Source: Bdellovibrionales bacterium RIFCSPHIGHO2_01_FULL_40_29
GTDB taxonomy: Bacteria; Bdellovibrionota; Bdellovibrionia; Bdellovibrionales; Bdellovibrionaceae
Assembly (NCBI GenBank): GCA_001771815.1
Contig: MEPU01000005.1
Location: forward strand, 2,346 to 66,345
DNA: 64,000 nucleotides
Direction of reading: 5' to 3'
The position numbers and the translations under genes are program-made. The notes beneath the pieces are model-generated. The model ran no database searches, had not been told where the DNA came from, and was given only the letters and a program-made list of their open reading frames with translations. Positions 59,363 through 64,000 of this stretch are shown here, piece by piece (position 1 is the first letter of the stretch; each line of letters starts with the position of its first letter).

Positions 59363-60300
59363 TGAGTTCCATGAAGCAGGCCGTTTACTTAATTCTTGCG
59401 GTTTGTTTTTCGGGATGTGTCAGTTCAACCAAACAGACCGATCTTCTACTAGCGAACCCACTGTCGATTCCAGCTCAGCATCACATTGCTGATGCCCCCT
59501 TTATCAATCAAGAAGCAGGTCATTGCGGACCTGCGACATTAGCCATGGCGATGAATTCATTAGGCCAGTCGATCACTGCTGATGAACTGGCATCGCACGC
59601 ATTTACTCCCGGAGCCAAGGGAACATTTCAATCTGATATGATTGGCGCAGCCCGAAGGCAGGGATTGCTGGCATTACCCATTACAGGAATGGAAAACCTG
59701 CTTCAAGAAGTTGCCGCGAATAACCCCGTCATTGTTTTTGAAAATCTAGCATTAAAATGGATACCCCAATGGCATTACGCTTTAGTTATCGGATATGATT
59801 TGAAAAGGCGTCATATTGTTATGCATTCAGGCCCCGAAGCCTTTAAAGAATGGGATTTACGAAAGTTTGAACGATCATGGAAGCTAGCAGATTATTGGGG
59901 CTTGGTTATCCTTCGACCTGATCAACTATCCCCGACTGCGAACGAATTGACACATCTCAACGGCGCCTCAGCGCTAGAACAAATAGGGAAAACAACCGAA
60001 GCTGCGACGGTGTACAAAACAATTTTATCAAAATGGCCCCAAAGCCTCGTAGCCCTTATTGGACTTGGAAATATCCATTTCGCACGTCACGAATTTGAAA
60101 AAGCTATTTTTTTTCTGCGCCAAGCAACCGAAACTCATCCGAATTCAGCAGCGGCCTGGCATAATCGAGCGATTGTCGAAAAATCTCTTAAACAGAAATC
60201 CGCAGCCCGGGTCAGCGCAAAAAAGGCCTTAGAAAAAGCAGCCTTAGAATCAGCTGAACTGTTCAATCAGTATAAATTATCGCTGAGTCAGATTTTTTAA
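59362..60300 (+). CDS. PA2778 family C39-like cysteine peptidase with TPR, lipoprotein
   Basis: Lipobox FSGC; HCGPATLAM, WHYALVIGYD, C-terminal TPRs. Confidence 0.88.
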   Translation: MSSMKQAVYLILAVCFSGCVSSTKQTDLLLANPLSIPAQHHIADAPFINQEAGHCGPATLAMAMNSLGQSITADELASHAFTPGAKGTFQSDMIGAARRQGLLALPITGMENLLQEVAANNPVIVFENLALKWIPQWHYALVIGYDLKRRHIVMHSGPEAFKEWDLRKFERSWKLADYWGLVILRPDQLSPTANELTHLNGASALEQIGKTTEAATVYKTILSKWPQSLVALIGLGNIHFARHEFEKAIFFLRQATETHPNSAAAWHNRAIVEKSLKQKSAARVSAKKALEKAALESAELFNQYKLSLSQIF

Positions 60301-60331
60301 ATGTTCTAATTGGAATAGCAAATACATTAGC

Positions 60332-61606
60332 CTACACTGACTCTAATATGGCGGCAATTCCCATACCGCCCGCAGTACAAATCGAAATTAGCCCACGTTT
60401 TTTTCCTTTAGATAACAGTTTTGCAAGAGTCCCCACGATTCTTGCGCCAGTCGCCGCGAATGGATGACCAATCGCGAGACTGCTGCCAACAACGTTTAAT
60501 CGCGACCGATCAACTGTACCTAGAACATTTTGTAATCCTAAAATATCATTACAATATTCTTTTGATTCCCATGCCTTTAAATTACAAAGAACCTGTCCAG
60601 CAAATGCCTCGTGAATTTCAAAATAATCAAAATCAGAAAATGAAAGTTGATTGCGACTCAGAAGCTGCGCCACTGCTTTTGTGGGTGCCATAAGAAGTCC
60701 AGCGCCTTTTACAAAATCTACTGCTGCAACTTGAATATCAACAATTTCAGCTAGGGGTTGCAATTTAAGCTTGTCGGCTCCAATAGAGTTACCAATCAGC
60801 ACACAAGCCGAGCCATCAGTCAAAGGTGAGCTATTTCCGGCAGTCAGGGTTCCATTTTCATGATCAAAAACAGGCTTTAGCTTAGATAATTTATCAATTG
60901 ATGTATCGTTCCGCAAAGTTCCATCTTTTGTGATTCCGCTAAATGGAGTTATAAGATCATCATAAAAACCAGATTCATACGCTTTGCTTCCATTTTTATG
61001 ACTGGCTAAAGCAAGTTCATCTTGCTCCACTCTAGAAATTTTCCATTCCTTCACCATCAATTCACAGTGAGCCCCCATAGAAAGATGAGTTCGCGGTTCG
61101 TCGATAACAGGAGTTTTTGGTTTTAAATCACCAAATCTCAAATGACTGAAAACCTTAAGACGGTCAGATAAACTCTTTGATTTGTTTAATTGTAATAGAC
61201 CTTGTTGAAGCCGTTCAGAGACTTCAATAGGCAAATCACTATTAGTGTCAACGCCGCCTGCGATTCCAGTATCAATAGCACCAACATGGGCTTTAAGCGC
61301 TAATTGCCAAAGCGTTTCCAATCCAGTTCCACAAGCACGCTGCACATTATATGCCGGTGAATTTGGATCGAGCTTCGTGGAAAGGATTGCTTCACGAGAC
61401 AAGTTGAAATCTGACGAACTATTCATAACAGCTCCGAAGGAACTATCATCAATCAAGCACCCTTGAAGATTGTAACGCTCGACGAGGCCATTGATCGAAG
61501 CTACGAGCAAATCCTTACGAGTGGCTTCGCTATACGAAGTTTGACTTTTAACGAAAGGGATTCGATTGCTTCCTAAGACGAATACTTTATTCGTTGATGT
61601 TTTCAT
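60332..61606 (-). CDS. Acetyl-CoA C-acyltransferase (thiolase)
   Basis: QRACGTG, GNSSPLTDG, EIHEAFA, GHPFAATG, ICTAGGMG. Confidence 0.95.
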   Translation of the reverse strand: MKTSTNKVFVLGSNRIPFVKSQTSYSEATRKDLLVASINGLVERYNLQGCLIDDSSFGAVMNSSSDFNLSREAILSTKLDPNSPAYNVQRACGTGLETLWQLALKAHVGAIDTGIAGGVDTNSDLPIEVSERLQQGLLQLNKSKSLSDRLKVFSHLRFGDLKPKTPVIDEPRTHLSMGAHCELMVKEWKISRVEQDELALASHKNGSKAYESGFYDDLITPFSGITKDGTLRNDTSIDKLSKLKPVFDHENGTLTAGNSSPLTDGSACVLIGNSIGADKLKLQPLAEIVDIQVAAVDFVKGAGLLMAPTKAVAQLLSRNQLSFSDFDYFEIHEAFAGQVLCNLKAWESKEYCNDILGLQNVLGTVDRSRLNVVGSSLAIGHPFAATGARIVGTLAKLLSKGKKRGLISICTAGGMGIAAILESV

Positions 61607-62383
61607 TTATTTAGCTCCGAGTCTTCGATCGAGAGATTTACTCATCATCTTGAGTAAGAATTTCGGAGCAAATTTATTGAGAAAATAAACCTGTCCAGTT
61701 TGCTCAGGTCGTATTTCAAAAGTATTATTTTGCATTCCCTTAATAGCAGATTGAATAAGTGCTTCAGCAGTGATTAGTTTAAAATCTGCAACGTCTTCTT
61801 TGTCGAAAACATCTACTAAGTCTGTTTGTGTTGCTTGTGGCGCAAGCTCAAATACTTTTATAGATGTATGCTTAAGCTGCTCACGAAGTGATGTTGTAAA
61901 TGAGATAAGCCCAGATTTTGTTGCACTATAGACTGGTGCCAGCGGCAATGGAACAATTCCCAACAGAGAAGTGACATTCAAAATGACCGCTTCTTTTTGT
62001 TTTTTTAAATGCGGTATGAATTGATGTGACATCCAAATTGGGCCGTTCAAATTTGTTGTGATTTCTTGTGTTAACGAAATGAGATCTTCGTCAGGGCTAT
62101 AAAAATTGGTCACTCTCATTACCCCTGCATTATTGATGAGAACATTCAACGAGGGATGGTTCTCTAAAATAGTAGCGTATAAAGAGCGAATTGCATCTGG
62201 GCTTGTGACATCGCTTTTATAGGTTATGAGCTTAGAATATTGCTTTTTCGCCTGATCAAGTTTTGCCTGATTTCGGCCTGTGATTATAACTGTATTATTT
62301 AACTCCAAAAGCTGTTTCGCAAACTCCAAACCAATCCCGCTTGAGCCGCCCGTTATTAAAATGGTATTTTCAGACATTTTCAT
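61607..62383 (-). CDS. SDR oxidoreductase (DltE-like)
   Basis: TGGSSGIG, NNAG, YSATK. Confidence 0.93.
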   Translation of the reverse strand: MKMSENTILITGGSSGIGLEFAKQLLELNNTVIITGRNQAKLDQAKKQYSKLITYKSDVTSPDAIRSLYATILENHPSLNVLINNAGVMRVTNFYSPDEDLISLTQEITTNLNGPIWMSHQFIPHLKKQKEAVILNVTSLLGIVPLPLAPVYSATKSGLISFTTSLREQLKHTSIKVFELAPQATQTDLVDVFDKEDVADFKLITAEALIQSAIKGMQNNTFEIRPEQTGQVYFLNKFAPKFLLKMMSKSLDRRLGAK

Positions 62384-62513
62384 TGTGATCTCCTTTTGTT
62401 AATGTATTAAAAATTGGACTTACTCTACCGCTCCTTGAGACATCAAAAGCAAACTGAGACAAATGACGTAAATTTTCTTAATTAATGACGTGCGGCCCAT
62501 AACAATCTCCCCG

Positions 62514-62596
62514 ATCTTGACAGTGTATAGATTATTATGTTGTTTATCTATACATTGTCAAGATTGAATAAATAAAAATCTTGTCAGCGTAAAGAT
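62514..62596. promoter_or_regulatory. Three 19-bp TetR-type operators at 32-bp spacing
   Basis: ATCTTGACAGTGTATAGAT (62514), ATCTATACATTGTCAAGAT (62546), ATCTTGTCAGCGTAAAGAT (62578). Confidence 0.8.
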
Positions 62597-62615
62597 TGAA
62601 CGATAAAGTGCTATA

Positions 62616-63260
62616 ATGAGTCATGGAAATGTAAAATATATGGCTAAAAAAAGTGATAAAAAGAAATCTGCCGTCAAAAAGGAATATCATCACGGTGATT
62701 TAAAAAGAACTCTTATGTTAGCCGCCTCTGAACTTCTTGAAGAACTTGGTTATGAGAAGTTTACTTTGCGTAAGTGCGCTGCCCGCGCAGGAGTTTCTCC
62801 AAGCGCCCCAGCTCATCATTTTAAAGACGCTAATGGACTGTTAAATAGTCTTGCTGTTGAGGGATTCCAGTCTTTGTCTTCTAAATTACGGGTTACATTT
62901 TTGAACTCTCCGAAAGATACGGCAAATCCATGTTCCGCAGTCGCTGTTGAGTATTTACGTTTCGCGAAAAACAATCCTGCACTTTACAAAGTAATGTTTG
63001 GGTCGAGATTAAATGCAGATAACCCAGAACTGAAATCAGCAAGTGAAGCTTGCTTTGAAAATTTATATTTATCAGTTTCTGAAATGTTTCCAGGAAAAAA
63101 TAAAGAAGACTTAAATGCCATCTCATTACGAATGTGGTCGTCGGTTCATGGTCTCTCGATGCTAGTTGTCGAAGGACGCTTGAACTTTCTAATTGGAAAA
63201 GACGGCTTTAAAAACCTTTCCTCTCTGGAGTCAGCATGGTTGAATATTCAGGGGTTTTAA
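62616..63260 (+). CDS. TetR/AcrR regulator (WHG-type C-terminus)
   Basis: YHHGDLK, FTLRKCAARAGVSPSAPAHHF, WSSVHG. Confidence 0.93.
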   Translation: MSHGNVKYMAKKSDKKKSAVKKEYHHGDLKRTLMLAASELLEELGYEKFTLRKCAARAGVSPSAPAHHFKDANGLLNSLAVEGFQSLSSKLRVTFLNSPKDTANPCSAVAVEYLRFAKNNPALYKVMFGSRLNADNPELKSASEACFENLYLSVSEMFPGKNKEDLNAISLRMWSSVHGLSMLVVEGRLNFLIGKDGFKNLSSLESAWLNIQGF

Positions 63261-63335
63261 ATTTTGTGATCAATGATACGTCAGAACCATAATCTCCTGA
63301 GGCTTTCTCCAGAGTAAAATTCACTCTCGGTTCTG

Positions 63336-63366
63336 GTAGCGACGAAGTAGCAAGAAAATAGCAAAC
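63336..63366 (+). repeat. GTAGC-core direct repeats at 11-bp period (arm-type sites, left copy)
   Basis: GTAGC 63336, GTAGC 63347, ATAGC 63358; similar to 63671-63692. Confidence 0.5.
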
Positions 63367-63499
63367 CTGTGAAATTTGCGGACATGCTGATATCACAACG
63401 ACAATGAACTATGTTCACCTTGTTAGTGGCGCAATTGAGAATGTAGCGAAAACTTTTTCAGTAGTTCCAACACTTGAAATCAACTCAGTATTTCGGTGA
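63362..63499 (+). pseudogene. C-terminal remnant of a tyrosine recombinase
   Basis: Manual translation EICGHADITTTMNYVHLVSG...FR* (box II His and catalytic Tyr). Confidence 0.8.
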
Positions 63500-63522
63500 T
63501 ATTCGTATCGCTACTGAAGTTG

Positions 63523-63543
63523 GTGGACGTAATGTGGACGTAA
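63523..63543 (+). repeat. GTGGACGTAA x2 (arm-type integrase sites)
   Basis: Perfect 10-mers at 63523 and 63534. Confidence 0.65.
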
Positions 63544-63614
63544 AATGGGTTTTTGGGAGAATTTTGTGTTAATGGTGATTTTGAATTTTACTAGTGTTTT
63601 CAATAGCTTGAAAT

Positions 63615-63627
63615 TGGTTGCGGGGGC
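63615..63627 (-). mobile_element. att-like duplication of a tRNA 3' end (tRNA-fMet type)
   Basis: TGGTTGCGGGGGC is the reverse complement of GCCCCCGCAACCA; match ends after 13 bp so it is not a full tRNA. Confidence 0.65.
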
Positions 63628-63670
63628 GGCAAATCCGTAAGTGCCCGCAATAACAGTTATTTGCAACTCT

Positions 63671-63692
63671 AAAGTAGCAGAAAGTAGCAAAC
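63671..63692 (+). repeat. AAAGTAGCA x2 (arm-type sites, right copy)
   Basis: AAAGTAGCAG AAAGTAGCAA AC between the att core and the integrase stop. Confidence 0.55.
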
Positions 63693-63706
63693 TTGCAAGA
63701 CCTTTC

Positions 63707-64000
63707 TTATCTGACCAAGGACAAAACTTTTGCCCCAGACAAATCAGGTAGCTTGTAACCAAGTTTATCCGTACCGCCCTGAACATCGACACCCGCCTTG
63801 CGCAAATAACCATTCGTTGTCTTCAATTGGCTATGCCCAACAAGTGACATGACGCGAGCCAACGATTCACCACGAGCCAACAGGTTCGTAATAAAAGTTG
63901 CCCTTAAATCATGGAATTTGATTGGCGTTATGCCTATCGCTTTACAAAATTCCCTGGTTACACGAGCCTGTTCACCATTTTGCCAATCCCTATAATGGGG
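63707..64000 (-). CDS. Tyrosine recombinase/integrase, 3' end (partial; missing from the ORF track)
   Basis: Manual translation ...ITPIKFHDLRATFITNLLARGESLARVMSLVGHSQLKTTNGYLRK...VR*. Confidence 0.92.
   Translation of the reverse strand, partial: PHYRDWQNGEQARVTREFCKAIGITPIKFHDLRATFITNLLARGESLARVMSLVGHSQLKTTNGYLRKAGVDVQGGTDKLGYKLPDLSGAKVLSLVR

Noticed and set aside
63560-63700. Complete tRNA gene
   Set aside because: Only 13 bp of acceptor end match; no T-arm or cloverleaf
63511-63813. 100-aa minus-strand ORF
   Set aside because: Off-frame to the integrase and runs through att/arm sequence; no recognisable motif
1-64000. CRISPR arrays, rRNA, transposases
   Set aside because: No regularly spaced repeats, rRNA-like stretches or DDE/HUH transposase motifs seen

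Overview
AT-rich bacterial window whose gene content resembles Bdellovibrionota (many secreted/lipoprotein hypotheticals, trypsin, PA2778/79, norCBQD); the taxon is an inference. No complete rRNA, tRNA or CRISPR array was found. Main blocks: (1) a long minus-strand run at 6.1-19.4 kb containing a bacterial lysyl oxidase, an ATP-grasp/PLP-decarboxylase fusion, a transglutaminase-like protein, a urea-transporter-family channel, a TorF-like porin and two class I GATase-like (BPL_N) lipoproteins, the best candidate for an undescribed system; (2) an arginase-olsB / olsA-like ornithine-lipid cluster; (3) norCBQD with a hemerythrin-PAS gene, divergent from korAB, with twin operators; (4) secreted effector-like proteins (IQM-like domain, protein-glutaminase, Cys-repeat protein with barrel partner); (5) a decayed accessory region at 46-63.5 kb (AAA ATPase with a 70-bp palindrome, deletion scar, TA remnant, binding-protein-coupled kinases) ending at a tRNA-Met-type att site flanked by two tyrosine-integrase ends. 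All family assignments come from motif recognition, not database searches.
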